The notes under the pieces are model-generated. The model worked only from the letters and a program-made list of their open reading frames with translations, did not search any database and was not told the origin of the DNA. Both the position numbers and the translations under genes were made by a program. Source: Eledone cirrhosa (Eukaryota). From it: DNA of 64,000 nt. Shown one piece after another: positions 26,676-39,778 of this stretch (its first letter is position 1; each line of letters opens with the position of its first letter). The DNA lies in contig OZ024752.1 of NCBI GenBank assembly GCA_964016885.1, positions 5,518,001 through 5,582,000 of the forward strand, given 5' to 3'.

Positions 26676-27009
26676 ACCTAACCAATCTCAACTTTTACGA
26701 AGCACTGAGGGGATAAAGTTAATATAAAATGTGGGGTGCTCATGCATGGAGATGCTATAAAATATTTATAAAATAGGGTGAAGACACTTGATGAAAAAAG
26801 AAGTTGCCATCGGCCTTTACAAGGAATCGAATCCTCAGCTTTATAACTGTTATGCAATACATATGATGATGTCACTGGAATCTTACTGGTCGTTGAAATA
26901 GATATAGTGCCGGCCTCAATAATGTATATATATATATACTATCTTCACTGCCAACACTGGAGTTGAACCATCAGCACAGTTGAGGTATGTCATGCATCAA
27001 TTTATGTAG

Positions 27010-27069
27010 TTTATCTGATGAGGACGTACTGAAAAAACAACACAGTACCTCCGAAATATATATAATAAA
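27010..27069 (+). ncRNA. Type I hammerhead motif within a probable Penelope pLTR remnant (about 26680-27215)
   Basis: TTTAT-CTGATGA-GGAcGTACTG-loop-CAGTACcTCC-GAAA-TATATAT-A-ATAAA. Downstream gttgagtgctttta resembles the pLTR tail at 44020. Confidence 0.8.
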
Positions 27070-27464
27070 ACATATATTTTGATTATGTGAATGTATCCAT
27101 TTATTCATATTTTGAATAATATTAATAACTCCAGAAAACTTCTTTGTTGAGTGCTTTTAATCTATTGTAAAACTATATTCATTGAATAATCAATGAACCT
27201 TGTTTAACATTTGGTTATATATATATATATATTCATTAAAACAACAAGAGCAGATCGGACTGGAAAATTTACTTTAGAATTTTATTTCCGTGAAAGTACT
27301 CTAAATATTTAAGTTTTATTTTAATTCTTTTATTTTTGTGTTGGTGTTGGAGGTGTACCTTAGTTTTATAATGTACATAAAATTGTATTCTTCAAGCTGT
27401 TGTTGCTTAAAATCCAAATGTTGAACATTTTCTCAAAATAGAATCTATTTTATTTTATTTTTAG

Positions 27465-27542
27465 CTGGTTGTTGGCTCTGAAGACTTTGATGTTAGAGTC
27501 TTCAAGGAAGATGAAATTATTGCAGAAATGAGTGAAACAGAA
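27465..27542 (+). CDS. BBS2: BBS2 coding exon 5 ([26 protein letters not shown])
   Basis: tttag| acceptor, GAA|gtaaga donor, 78 nt. Near-identical to human [26 protein letters not shown]. Confidence 0.96.
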
Positions 27543-27839
27543 GTAAGACAAAATCTTTTTTCAATATATATATAACTACTCCAATTCTTTATTGTTTTAA
27601 TAGGACCTGTTTAGAGCTATTTTTAGCATTTAGTAATTTTGTGCAGTGTGAGATGTATATAGAAGACCTGACCTTATTGATGAATGAAACTTGATAATTA
27701 GTGATTGAGGCTAATTACGAAGATTACTGGTTTGTATCTTTTCTGTGGCTTTTATGAAACAGGTCTGTATAAGGAATTATAGGCTATGTTACCTTCATGA
27801 AGTAAGTATATTTACTTGCATATTAATTGCTCTATGTAT

Positions 27840-28840
27840 CATCGTCATCAGCATCACCATTTAACGTCCATTTTTCATGCATGCATGGGTTAGACAGATC
27901 GTCCATATCATGAGCCAAGTCTGGTCAGTTTGGCTGTGCTGTACCTTGCACAGATGAAATTGTAAAATTTGGCTGTGATTTTTACAGTTGGATGCCCTTC
28001 CTAACACCAGCCACATTTACAGTGTGGAACTGGATGGCACGGTTATGAAGAAGGACAGGTCAGTTGGCTGCTCTGTACCCTGCTCACAGATGAGCCATAG
28101 TTTGGAAGCTGTACCCATATTTACAGTGTGGAACTGGATGGCACCGTTATGAGAAGAGACAGGCCAGTTGGCTGTGCTGTACCCTGCTCACAGTGGAACT
28201 TTAGTTTGGTGGCTGGGTTGTCCCACTATGAGGGAGGTCTGACCAGTTGGCTGTGCCAGGTCTTACACATAGTGGAGCCATGTTACTGGAAAGTCTGGCC
28301 AGACGGTTGCACCGTACCTTGCACAATATCGAGACTGCTATTGTATTCTGGGATCTGGGTGGTCCCATTATGAGGGAGGTCGGGCTGGTTGGCCACACCA
28401 AGCTTTACTCATAGTAGAGCCCTAGGTGGCACTGCACCATACCCTACTCAGATCGGAACCATAGTTTGGTAGCTGCCTGGTCCCACTATGTGGGAGGTCT
28501 GGTCAGTTGGGTGGTCAAGCCTTACTTATAAAGGAGCCGTGTTACCAAGTTGTCCTGATATGAGCTGAGTCTGGCCAGATGACCGCACTGTACCATGCAC
28601 ACATTGGGACTGCTACTGTATTTTGAGATCTGGGTGGTCACATTATGAGGGAGATCTGGCCAGTTGGCCATGTCTTATCCCGGCCACATCGGAACCATAA
28701 TTTGGGAGCTGGATGTCCCACTATGGAGGAGATTAGGCCAGTTGACCGCGCCAAGTCTTACTTATAAAGGAACTATGTTACTGGGTGGTCCTACCATCAA
28801 CCACGTTTACAGCTAGTGCAGCTAGGTGGCACTGTTATGA
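27840..28840 (-). repeat. Composite SINE-like repeat with diverged internal repeats
   Basis: Recurrent cccactatgagggaggtctg.ccagttgg blocks and an RTE/SINE-type ggatgcccttcctaacacc...(cat)n end. Confidence 0.6.
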
Positions 28841-29187
28841 GCAGGGTCCAGAGTTGAGTTGTCAACACTGGTCTTTTGTCATACGTTGTAGCGCCAGAGG
28901 TCTTGGCCATGTGTTATTTCCGTTGGGAAGTTTAGCTGAGTCAGGGCAGCCTTTATTGTTTCATCCCATATCTTCCTGGGTTTTCCTCTTTCAGGGTGTC
29001 CTAAAACCTCTAATACTGCAGATTTTCACAACAATCTGTCCACTAGTAAAAACACTATAAACATTTAACTCAAGAAATCTGTTTTTAGATATTTATATTT
29101 CTGCTAAATCATTAGAGGATATTAAGCAGTAATGCTATAAAAGTCTTTGTCATTATTTCATGCTACATATTTTGATCTATTCCCTAG

Positions 29188-29292
29188 GCAATTACATCCT
29201 TATGTCCAATAACTGAGAACAGGTTTGCCTACGCTCTACGAAATGGTACAGTAGGAATCTATGAACGCACCTCTCGACAGTGGAGAATAAAG
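29188..29292 (+). CDS. BBS2: BBS2 coding exon 6 ([35 protein letters not shown])
   Basis: cctag| acceptor, AAG|gttagt donor, 105 nt. Confidence 0.95.
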
Positions 29293-30255
29293 GTTAGTGT
29301 TTTCTCAGTATTGATCATGTATTTCTTGTTTAGAAACATTCGTTATTTTTATCTCGCATATTTATAAGCAAAAAACACCCTGTCCACACTGGTTGTGCTG
29401 GTGACACAACAAAAGGCACACAGTCCACCCTGTAAGGTAATTGTGTTGGTGACTTGACAGAAAGCGCCCAATTCACCCTATAAATTAGTCATTTTTCGCC
29501 GCGGTAAAAAGCCCCCTAATCCCCACTGTAACGTGGTTGGTATTGGAAAGGGCATCCAACCATAGAAACCAAGTCAAAATATAGATTTGTATGAGCATGA
29601 TGTGATCAGACTTGTCTTATAATGTGACAACCCGTCTAACCCATGGACATTAAATGATGATGATGAGGAATTATGCACATATATAAGCACAATTTATATT
29701 AAAAGTAACGAAGCACCTTTGCAGGAATCAACTGATACCTGAGTAAGGTGAACTGCCAACAATGACAAGAACCTCGTCAGTGGTCCAGCTGCTCCAAATG
29801 TCTTCAATGCCACAAGGTACTTTATTTATTTGGAAAAAGTTTGGTTTTATATGTATAAACACACACAGAGATGCACAGACACACACATAGAAACATAGAC
29901 ACAGAGATACACACACACAGAGATGCACAGACACACACATAGAAACAGAGATACACACACACAGAGATGCACAGACACACACATAGAAACATAGACACAG
30001 AGATACACACACACACACATAGACACAGAGATACACACATAGACACAGAGACACACACACAAACCCACACACAGTAGAGAGTATATTTAATTCAATAAAT
30101 TCAATGTTTTCTTATTCCAGCTGTGTGTGTGTATACATATCTGTGGGTATATATACATGTGTGTATACATGTATGTGTGTATACAGATATGTGAGTATAT
30201 ATACATGTGTGTATACATATATGTATGTGTGTATATATACACGTATGTGTGTATA

Positions 30256-31700
30256 CATGACGGCATGAAGGCTTGGGTTAATGTCGGAGGTAACATGTCG
30301 GAGCCTATCTCAGTAAAAAATGGAGTGAAACAGGGGGATATTCCAGCACCGACCCTGTTTGCCATATACTTTGCAATGGTTTTCTGTATTGCATTCAGGA
30401 ATTGCGAGCATGGTGTTTACATCCGATATCGAACCTCAGGCAGCATATTTAACATCAGGCGCTTTGCTGCGAAGACAAAAGTATTTACATCAGTCATAAG
30501 AGACCTCTTGTATGCAGATGATTGCGATCTTGTAGCGCACACAGAGAGTGATATGCAGCACATTTTGAATGTATTTTCTGACGCTTGCACTGCCCTGGGT
30601 TTGACTGTCAGTCTCAAGAAAACCGTCGTCATGTACCAACCTGCACCTGGTAGGCAGTACACTGAACCAAACATCTATGTGTATGGCAAACGACTTGGAG
30701 TGGTTGATCAGTTTGTCTACCTGGGAAGCACTGTCAATCGATACGGCAACCTTGACAGTGAAATCTCACTTAGGATTAGGAAAGCAAGTGATGCTTTCGG
30801 AAAGCTAGAAAGGCGACTCTGGGGTCGGCGAGACATATGCAGGAGGACAAAGGTAAAGGTGTACAGGGCATGTGTACTCTCTTGTCTTCTTTATGCCTGC
30901 GAGACCTGGGTCACATATCGACGCCACCTTAAGCAATTGGAGCGTTTCCATCAGATGTGTCTCAGACGGATACATGGCGTTCGCTGGAGGGACCACATCA
31001 GTGATGTCGAGATTTTGGAAAGCTCTATGTGTGACAGTATAGAAGCTCTTGTGCTTAAGCAGCGACTCCGTTGGAGTGGTCACCTTGCCAGGATGAAGGA
31101 TTCTAGAATACCAAAACAACTCTTCTATGGAGAGTTGGTTAAAGGAAAACGACCGCCACATAAACCAAAAAAGAGGTATAAGGATTCCTTGAAGGCCTCT
31201 CTGAAAGACGCTAACATCTCTGCTGATACATGGGAAAATATTGCTGCTGATCGTAATAAATGGAGAAAGACTGTATATGAGGGAAAAGTTGCCTTTGAGG
31301 CATCTCGAATCACACACGAGAAAGTAAAGCGGGACGTGAGGAAGGGTATTGCTGTTGCACTTCCAGACGGCGAGGGTCCTCCTATGTTTCTGACATGCAG
31401 CGTCTGTGCGAGACTCTGCCTAAGCAAAGCTGGACTCGAAAGTCATCTTCGCAGTCATAAAGTAAGACCAGTGGTTGACTACCAGGCTGCTGTTGGAGAT
31501 GCTACTCATCATGCTTGCCAAACATGTGGTAGAGAATGTAAATCAGCAGGAGGACTCAAGCGACATGCAAAAGTACACAAACTCCAACCACAGCCGACTA
31601 TTCCCAGTAAATGTTTTGGTTGCCGACTCTGTGCAAGACATTTTAGATCATTGGCTGGGCTAAAAAGCCACATTCGATCGCAGCACTGTTAGTTGCTATC

Positions 31701-31738
<38 letters not shown>

Positions 31739-32006
31739 GCTTATGTGCGTGCGTGTGTGTGTATATATATATGAATATGTATATTATTATTGTTGTTGTT
31801 GTCGTTATTATTATTATTGCTATTATTATTATTATTATTATTATTATTGTTATTAATGTATGTGTGAGTGTATGTGTATGTATGTGTGTGTGTATATATG
31901 TATGTATGTGTATGTATGTGTGTGTGTATATATATGTGTATGTATATATATGTGTATATATATGTGTGTATATATATATATATATCTTTTCCCTTTTTTT
32001 TTTTTT

Positions 32007-32081
<75 letters not shown>

Positions 32082-32150
32082 TTTTTTATTTTTTTATTTT
32101 TTTTTTTATTGTGCAATGGCCATACTCAATAACGAGGGGGCAGCCATCAT
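30256..32150 (+). mobile_element. 5'-truncated RTE LINE with uninterrupted RT C-terminal ORF (to 31692) and three C2H2 zinc fingers
   Basis: GVKQGD, LLYADD, FVYLGS, LLYACETW, RLRWSGHLARM, then three CxxC...HxxxH fingers. 34-bp direct repeat at 30225-30258 and 32149-32182. Confidence 0.93.
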
Positions 32151-32289
32151 GTGTGTATATATACACGTATGTGTGTATACATATGTGTGTATATATACAT
32201 TATGTGTGTATACATGTATGTGTGTATACATATCTGTGGCTATATATACATGTATGTGTGTATACATATCTGTGGGTATATTCATGTAT

Positions 32290-32563
32290 AATAATAATAA
32301 TAATATTATTGTGTACAGTGTTCAGGTGCACTACAACTCGTCAAAGGTGCATGTATAGTACATAGAATAATATACAAATGTCAGGGAAGTAAACAGTGTA
32401 TGAGTCATGATATGCATGTGTGCGTGTGTATGGAGGGGGAATATTAGGTGTAGTGTTGGCGAATCTCAGGAAGGATGGAGGTTTTAAAGGATGCAGTGTC
32501 TCGACAGCTGACAACCGACGCAGGCAGTTTGTTCCATGCTTCAGCAACTCTGAGCGTGAAAAG
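32290..32563 (-). mobile_element. 3' fragment of the CR1/L2-group LINE family seen at 11.9-13.7 kb
   Basis: ggaggttttaaaggatgcagtg...gttccatgcttcagcaactctgagcgtgaaaa is shared with 11926-12012. Confidence 0.85.
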
Positions 32564-32706
32564 TATGTGTGTATATATACATGTATGTGTGTATACATAT
32601 ATGTGTGTTTATACATGTATGTATAAATGTATGTATGTGTGTATATGTATGTCTAAATGTATGTGTGTGTGTATATCTAAATGTGTGTGTATGGATGTAT
32701 ATATGG

Positions 32707-33043
32707 AGGCACATGGCTTAGTGGTTAGAACATTGGGCTTGCAATCGAAAGGTTGTGAGTTCAATTCTCAGACTGGGTGATGTGCTGTTTCTTTGAGCAA
32801 GACACTTTATTTCACATTGCTCCAGTTTACTCAGCTGTAGAAATGAGATGATAGGGACTGCGGTCCCTATCATTCCACTGCAAAGTGGTCGTGGAGGTTC
32901 CACGGCAAAAAAGCACCCAGCACTCACTGTAAATGAGGTTGGTGTTAGGAAGGGCATCCAGCTGTAGAAATCAAGCCAGAATCAGTTCCCGTCCCACCCT
33001 TGCAAGCAGGGAGAGGCGGACGTAAAATGATGATGATGATGAT
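32707..33043 (+). mobile_element. tRNA-derived SINE with (GAT)n tail
   Basis: Near-identical to 700-1032. Confidence 0.88.
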
Positions 33044-33524
33044 GTGTATGGATGTATATGTTTGTAAGTCTAAATGTATATGTGTGTATGTATAAGTGTG
33101 TGTGCATATGGATGTATGTTTATATGTATGGATATTACCTGGCTGAATGCTTAAGAATTTTGTTTTGCAAACATGAGGTTGTGGATGACAGAAAAGTCAA
33201 TTGCAATATTGTTTTTAATTTATGTAAAACATTGAGAAATATGTGGTTGAGATTATTTTGAGAAAGTTGGTACAATTCAAGTTAGAAATACAGGATTGAA
33301 AAGTGAATAAAGTAAGATAAACAAAACAACAGGAAATCGATTGTAATGGAGACAAAAGCTACTCTTTTGTATAAATATTAGGTTGGAGGAGTGGGGTGAT
33401 ATCACAGACTAGTACAATAGCCAGACTTCATGTAACTCACACCTGCTCTTTAGTGGCCTTTATGGTAACTTCAATATCTTTTTTTTTTAATTTTCATTTT
33501 AATTTTTATTTTACATTATATCAG

Positions 33525-33611
33525 TCTAAAAGCCAAGCTGTTGCAATCCATAGTTTTGATATAAACAACGATGGTGTTCCTGAATTGATTTCTGGGTGGA
33601 GTAATGGCAAG
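33525..33611 (+). CDS. BBS2: BBS2 coding exon 7 ([29 protein letters not shown])
   Basis: tcag| acceptor, AAG|gtaagc donor, 87 nt, GWSNGK motif. Confidence 0.95.
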
Positions 33612-35145
33612 GTAAGCTCAGTTTCCATATCACAACTGAATATCAACTGTATTAGAGTAGAAACATCTGGTTTAGAGTAGAAACATTGTATCCCTGCATG
33701 TAAGAGGTAACTAAAGGGCTTGATGCCATGAAGTGCATCCAACTATAAAACCTTATTTCTCCCCTTCCTCATAAAGTACTATATGTCATGAGGTCTGCGA
33801 GGCTAACCTCTGCTTAAAAAACTGTTGAATATGAACTTTTCGTAGACACAGACCAGACTCTGTAGTTAAGAAGTTCACTTCACAACCAGTTGCTTTTGTG
33901 TTCTATCCTACTTTATGGTTCTTTTTACTATAGCCTCAGACTGAACAATGCTTTGTCAGTGAATTTGGTAAACAAAAACTGTTAGGAAGCCTGTTGTATG
34001 TGTGTCTGTTTGTGTTCATGTTCTCCTCTTGCATTCAACATTGCACACAGTAATATTTAGTTAAAATCAAAGTCTGTTCTAAGCTGAAAGCTCATTAGGC
34101 CAGTACATATATCTGGTTTCCTTGGCATTAAGTGACCAAGACTACAAGATTCTCCCTGGACAGGATGCAAGTCTATCACAAGATTAATTCCCCATCTACT
34201 GCTGGTACTCATCTCAGCTGAATCTACTGGAGCAATGTGAAATAAAGTATTTTGATAAAGAATACAATGCAGCACTCTGTCTAGGAATGGAACCGACGAC
34301 ATTATGATCTTAAGTCCCATATCCTAACCATTAGGCCATGTGGCTTCATCAGTAATATTTACATTCCTTGTAAATAGAAATCCTTTTGCTCCTCTCTTAG
34401 AGATGCAAAGATCCATACCTTACTTTAAAAAACAAGTAACGGTTGGCATCAGCAAGGGCTTCTAGCCATAGAATTCTGCCACAAAGTGTCTTGTCTGACC
34501 CATCAAAATAGGTCGCACTTCTCACATGGATTCCCTTCACTTTCTGTCACCATCCAACCCTATTGTTCAACATATTCAACAGATCAGAAAGATTGCAGTT
34601 ATATCATCACAAATCTGCTTGATATAGGTCTGGACTAATCACCCTTTGCTAGCTCTTCCTTGTGTAGGATCCCACAAAAGAACTTCACTAACAATTTCCT
34701 CTTCAGCTCTCCAATAATGCCCTGTGAATCTGAAGATGCTTTTTGATGTCTGATACTGGACGAAGGTTCTAATACTGTAATTGTTTGATCATTGGTACAA
34801 GTCGCTGAGCATTTCACAGACACATGTACTCTTAATATAGTTCTCAGGGAGATTCAGCATGACACAGTGTGTAACAAGGCTGGCCCTTTGATTTATAGGT
34901 ACAACTCATTTTTTCCAGCTAAGTGGACTGATTTACATGAAATAAAGTGTCTTGCTCAAAGATACAACACACCACTGGGAATCAAACTCACAACCATATC
35001 ACAATTGAGTAGAACAACCCTAACGACTTAGCATTATTCAATGATTAGTATATATTTGTCCAGTCAACAAAAAATATGTATAATTTAATATCATAATCTC
35101 TTACAAGAGGAGAGAAAGAAATAACCCAATTTTTATATTTTTCAG

Positions 35146-35223
35146 GTTGATGTTCGTAATATCCGCACTGGAGAAGTTCTTTACAAAGATCACTTCTCGA
35201 GTTCAGTAGCAGGTATTGTGCAG
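35146..35223 (+). CDS. BBS2: BBS2 coding exon 8 (VDVRNIRTGEVLYKDHFSSSVAGIVQ)
   Basis: tttcag| acceptor, 78 nt to the first CAG|gtatgt donor. The 3' end is ambiguous because the donor is tandemly repeated. Confidence 0.92.
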
Positions 35224-35448
35224 GTATGTACAGGTGTTGTGCAGGTATGTACAGGTGTTGTGCAGGTATGTACAGGTATTGTGCAGGTATGTACAGGTGT
35301 TGTGCAGGTATTGTGCAGGTATGTACAGGTATGTACAGGTGTTGTGCAGGTATGTACAGGTGTTGTGCAGGTATGTACAGGTGTTGTGCAGGTATGTACA
35401 GGTGTTGTGCAGGTATGTACAGGTGTTGTGCAGGTATGTACAGGTGTT
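35213..35448 (+). repeat. 21-bp tandem repeat of the BBS2 exon 8/intron junction (about 11 units)
   Basis: Unit GTATGTACAGGTGTTGTGCAG, beginning inside exon 8. Confidence 0.95.
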
Positions 35449-37184
35449 CTCAGTTCTTTCACTTACAAAATAGATCTTGTGAAGATGCGTGACTTAGTGG
35501 TTAGGGTGTTGGACTCACCGTCTTGAGGCTGTGGGTTTGATTCCTGGATTAGGCAACATATTGTGTTCTCAAACTAAACACTTCAATATATGTTACTCTA
35601 GTTGGCTCAGCTGAAAAAAAAGGGTACCAATTGAAGCTGAGGGTTGACCCTGGTGTCTGATCCAGTGGGAGAACTCTTTATGATAGGATTGGGGACCATA
35701 TCATTAAAACACCTGAGAAATCGAGTATGGATAATATGCAACCTCATTGGGGGCCAGCTAAATCTACATAAGTGTAAGGTGCAACAATAAAACATATCTC
35801 TAAGTACTGTATTTTTTGATAATTCTTTTCTTTGCCTCTTATCAATCAACCAACTGAAAACCAGGGAGGCTGTAAGTGTACAAAGACATATAAGGATAGG
35901 ATGAACATACAGCTAGGGAAGTAACAATCTTTCCTGTTTCTATGTCAACTTTTACTAAAACATATTTAGCCATTGTAAAATATGTATCATACACTTTACT
36001 AAAACCTACCTTACACTGTCAAGTATCAGAGAATGGAAGGAAAGGTAGGTAATTTGATCAGAAAGTAAATAATATACTGATGGTAATTTAATGGCAAGGA
36101 AAGAGAATATTGAATAAGCTAGAATACAATCATCATCATCAACATCATCATTTTACAAGGGTGGGACGGGTCCTATTCAGCACAGCATCTTTTCACTTGT
36201 TCAGCTGAAAATCAAAGGTAAAATATGGTTGGTCGATAAGAGATGGCCAGGTAAAAGCATGACCAAAACAATCGGCCAAATCACAAAAAAATCAACCTAG
36301 TCACACACAAAATTTGTCTGGTCAGAAAGGCCAGGTCCAAAAGATGAAAAATACAGCAACACATACCTTCAAATGAACTTCTGTCAAGAAAAATAACTAA
36401 TTTATATAACAACGAAGATGTCTTCTACATACAGAAGTGCTACAGCATTAAAAGAACACTTATAGCCTACAGCAGACGCCCTCGCCCTCTTTAGCTATGC
36501 TACTGGGGGTCCATTAACTAGTTAGTGTAGGAGGGCCAAAGGAGTTTAACTGGTAAATTGGTTGTTTTGGTGTGGGTATAATGGTGAAGAGGTGGAGCAT
36601 GTGTTGGTGTGTAGTGTGTGTGATGAGCAAGGCTAAAGGAAGAGGGGGTGGAGAATTTAGACTATTTCCAGTCCAGGTCAGGAGAAAACAGTGCGTTGCT
36701 ATATATATATATAAATAAATATACGTACATATGTGAACTGAGGAATACAGGAAAGCAGGCCCCTGAATGGGTTAGACAGGTTTCCAAAACAGCAGCCTTC
36801 TAGGCATCTCTACTGCAAAGGAATGCAAAACCAGGGTGTTGTATATTAAGACTTGTGTTTCCAATCAACACTGCTGTTAATACAGATTTTATGGCCTCAC
36901 TAATGAGATGACACAAGATCAAAAGAAATAAAAAGTGTTTTTTTATTGCTAATTAGTCAATTGGGCAGGAAGGTATCCTCAAAACCAGAGACCTGGCGTG
37001 AATGCTTACAACAGTGGAATGTTAAATGGCATGCAAGAGTCAGGAGGTGGTGATAGTGGTGTTAAACTGGATAATGGGTTATGTCTACTACACAAAAAAC
37101 AACAAATATCCTCATATCTACCTCTGTGTCTTTATGTTCCTATTGCTTTGCTTCATTAATTCCATGTCTTTCTTATTCTCACAG

Positions 37185-37242
37185 GGACCATACACACAGC
37201 TTGATAAGGAACAAGTGATATGTTGTTCTGTAGATGGGGAAG
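37185..37242 (+). CDS. BBS2: BBS2 coding exon 9 (GPYTQLDKEQVICCSVDGE)
   Basis: cacag| acceptor, G|gtaaat donor, 58 nt ending phase 1, ICCSVDGE motif. Confidence 0.93.
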
Positions 37243-37402
37243 GTAAATAATTTCAGATTTTATACACACATACACACACACACATATATATATATTAAAA
37301 CTTTTATACTCTATGTATTGAGTACCTTACTGTGGTTACCTCCGATTCAACCCGGAATAACTTACTATATATATATAACTATAAATAGTATTATTATTAT
37401 AA

Positions 37403-37434
<32 letters not shown>

Positions 37435-37600
37435 ACTATTTATAGTTATAAATATACTATAAACAATCATAAACAGGGAAGGTCAGTAATTTCCTACTAC
37501 CTTATTACCAGTAAGAGAAATAGTTCAATGTAAGAACATCTGTTGTTTTACAGAGCAGGAAAATAAATAAATTAGACAATTATCAAAGTTGTGTTCAAAT

Positions 37601-37664
37601 CATTTAATAGCTGACAATCGTTTCTTCCAAACTCTCGTTTGGAGTCATCGGAGCATTATCAATG
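37601..37664 (-). ncRNA. Degenerate type I hammerhead motif (U4C)
   Basis: Minus strand: TAATGCT-CCGATGA-C-TCCAAAC-gaga-GTTTGGA-A-GAAAC-gatt-GT-C-AGCTATTA. Confidence 0.55.
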
Positions 37665-38933
37665 TTTGTACATGTAATTAACTTCCTATTCAACTTAACA
37701 ATAATATAGATACATATATATTGATGTTGTGAGCAATAGTTTCGTATTTACAGGGTGGAATGGATGTAACATATATTTTACGAGAATTGTACAAAAATTC
37801 AAATTAAAAGCACAGAGTGGAATACATGCAACAGATAATACAAGAGAATAGTCTAATAATTAAAGAGGCTTTGAGAAAGGAAGAGTACATTAGCAATACA
37901 TACGCAGGCGTGTAGGAAGTGCACGTGCGTTAGTCATATATATGAGAAGTAGTTATTATGCATATATAGATAAATAAATACTGTATTTTAAGCAAATATG
38001 TTAATGTATTAAAATCTATGGTGGATGTAGTATGTTGATAGTGTTTGAATTTGTGTGTTGAGAAAAACAAAGTTATTGCAGTCTCTTCCATTACATATAT
38101 TGAATTATATTTTAGTTAATGTTTATATTGAATGTTTTAAGTTAGTTAAAGCAATGGATTGTAAAATAGTCTTATTGTATTCTTATTCATGGACTATAGT
38201 TGTTCAACAGGTACATTTTCCAACGGCTAATTTCCGGAAAGTGAGTAAGGGGAGGTAACTAATTAAATTCTTTTCTCTAATACACATTATAATGCGTTAC
38301 AATTGAATCTCTATTACATAATGCTATATATTTATACTTGATTTTAAATACAGTGTATTTAACTATAGTACATTAAAGGTCCCTTTAGATTGTTATCTAT
38401 TCATTACTGGACAAGCTATATGTTATGGAAAATTGCATAGCTGTTTATATGTCCAAATAAATATATCATTTGTGTAATAATATACATTATTGTTTTAAAA
38501 GTTAATCCCTTATATACAATGCTATTACATTATATATTTAATTATAAATGTATATATACTTTACTATTATTATATTGTGTTAAAGGTAGATCCGTTATAT
38601 ACATGTTATTAATTTAAATATTTAATTATATAATTATAAATGTATATATAGTTTATTATTACATATTACATTAAATGTCTCTACATATTAAATATCCATT
38701 ACTGCATATAATATAATTAAGCTATAGTAGTTATATCAAAAGGTGGTAACTGTATGTTTAATTCTAACAGTTATTGCAGAGTATAAGGTTAGAGATAAAT
38801 AGGAGTTGTGTAGAGGAAAGAGCTGATCAAAGAGTGTGTTGCTGTGGGGGCTGATAAGTCCTAGAAGTGAAGTGTTAATGGTGGTGGGGAATTCAAATCT
38901 GACATTGTTATATACTAACAGCTAGGTTTAAAG

Positions 38934-38971
<38 letters not shown>

Positions 38972-38984
38972 AAGTTGATGGAGG

Positions 38985-39590
38985 TTACAGAGTGGGTGGA
39001 CCGGAAAAGCTTGGGACAACATGATAAAGTCTGACCTTGCACACTTGCACCTTTCTAAGACAATGTCACTGGATCGAGATCTTTGGTGCCACGCAGTATT
39101 ACAGAAGACCCGCCTTCCCTACGTGCAAAGTTAACCTACAGTCAGTAGGCCCCTCCAAACCAAACATACACCCCAACCCACTACCCCGCTCCATCCTCCC
39201 ACTCCCGCCAACACCACCCTTTCTCTATAAAATTTATGTTGGTACCACAACATCCAGTCCAAACTAATGAGATCGTGTAGGTGTCACGACAAAAAAAAAA
39301 CCGCAGTCAACGCTGTACAACTTATCCCTCTTATACAGTTTCTCTCTCAACTCATCTATGCTTGGTCGTTCACGCACATTGACATTGCACAACCAACAGA
39401 GCATGCTTGCTTCATTTCTCTCCAGCCATCGCATATCCTCTGCAGTTACCGCCCATGTCTCACTACCATGCAGCATCGCACATCTCACACAGCCATCATA
39501 TAACTGGTCTTTTGTACGCAGGGGGAAACCATTCTTTGTCAACAGAGGAAGCAGCTCCCTAAACTTCTTCCAACCTGTCCTTATTCTAGA
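38985..39590. mobile_element. Two abutting RTE fragments: + strand ORF end and 3' UTR (38985-39318); - strand thumb region (39319-39590)
   Basis: Similar to 44330-44600 (reverse) and to 22750-23027 respectively. Confidence 0.75.
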
Positions 39591-39692
39591 TATTATGTAT
39601 ATATATATATATAATGGAGGAAGTGTGGTAAGGAACCAGGTGGACCAGAGTACTTGATATTTAGGGTAGTAGAGTGGGTAATAGGAAAATAA

Positions 39693-39778
39693 TCAGGACC
39701 CCGACAGCTGAGCTCCGGCCGTTTCGACAGCTAGATCTAGCTGTCGAAACGGCCATAGCTCAGCCGTTGGGGTCCTGA
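39693..39778. repeat. 86-bp palindrome centred on CTAGATCTAG
   Basis: tcaggaccccgacagctgagct..ggccgtttcgacagctaga|tctagctgtcgaaacggcc..agctcagccgttggggtcctga. Confidence 0.9.

Noticed and set aside
31753-32780. Long ORFs of 90-201 aa (also 29728-30072 and 9760-9948)
   Set aside because: These are translations of microsatellites. The first ~43 aa of ORF 30127-31692 are likewise flank-derived.
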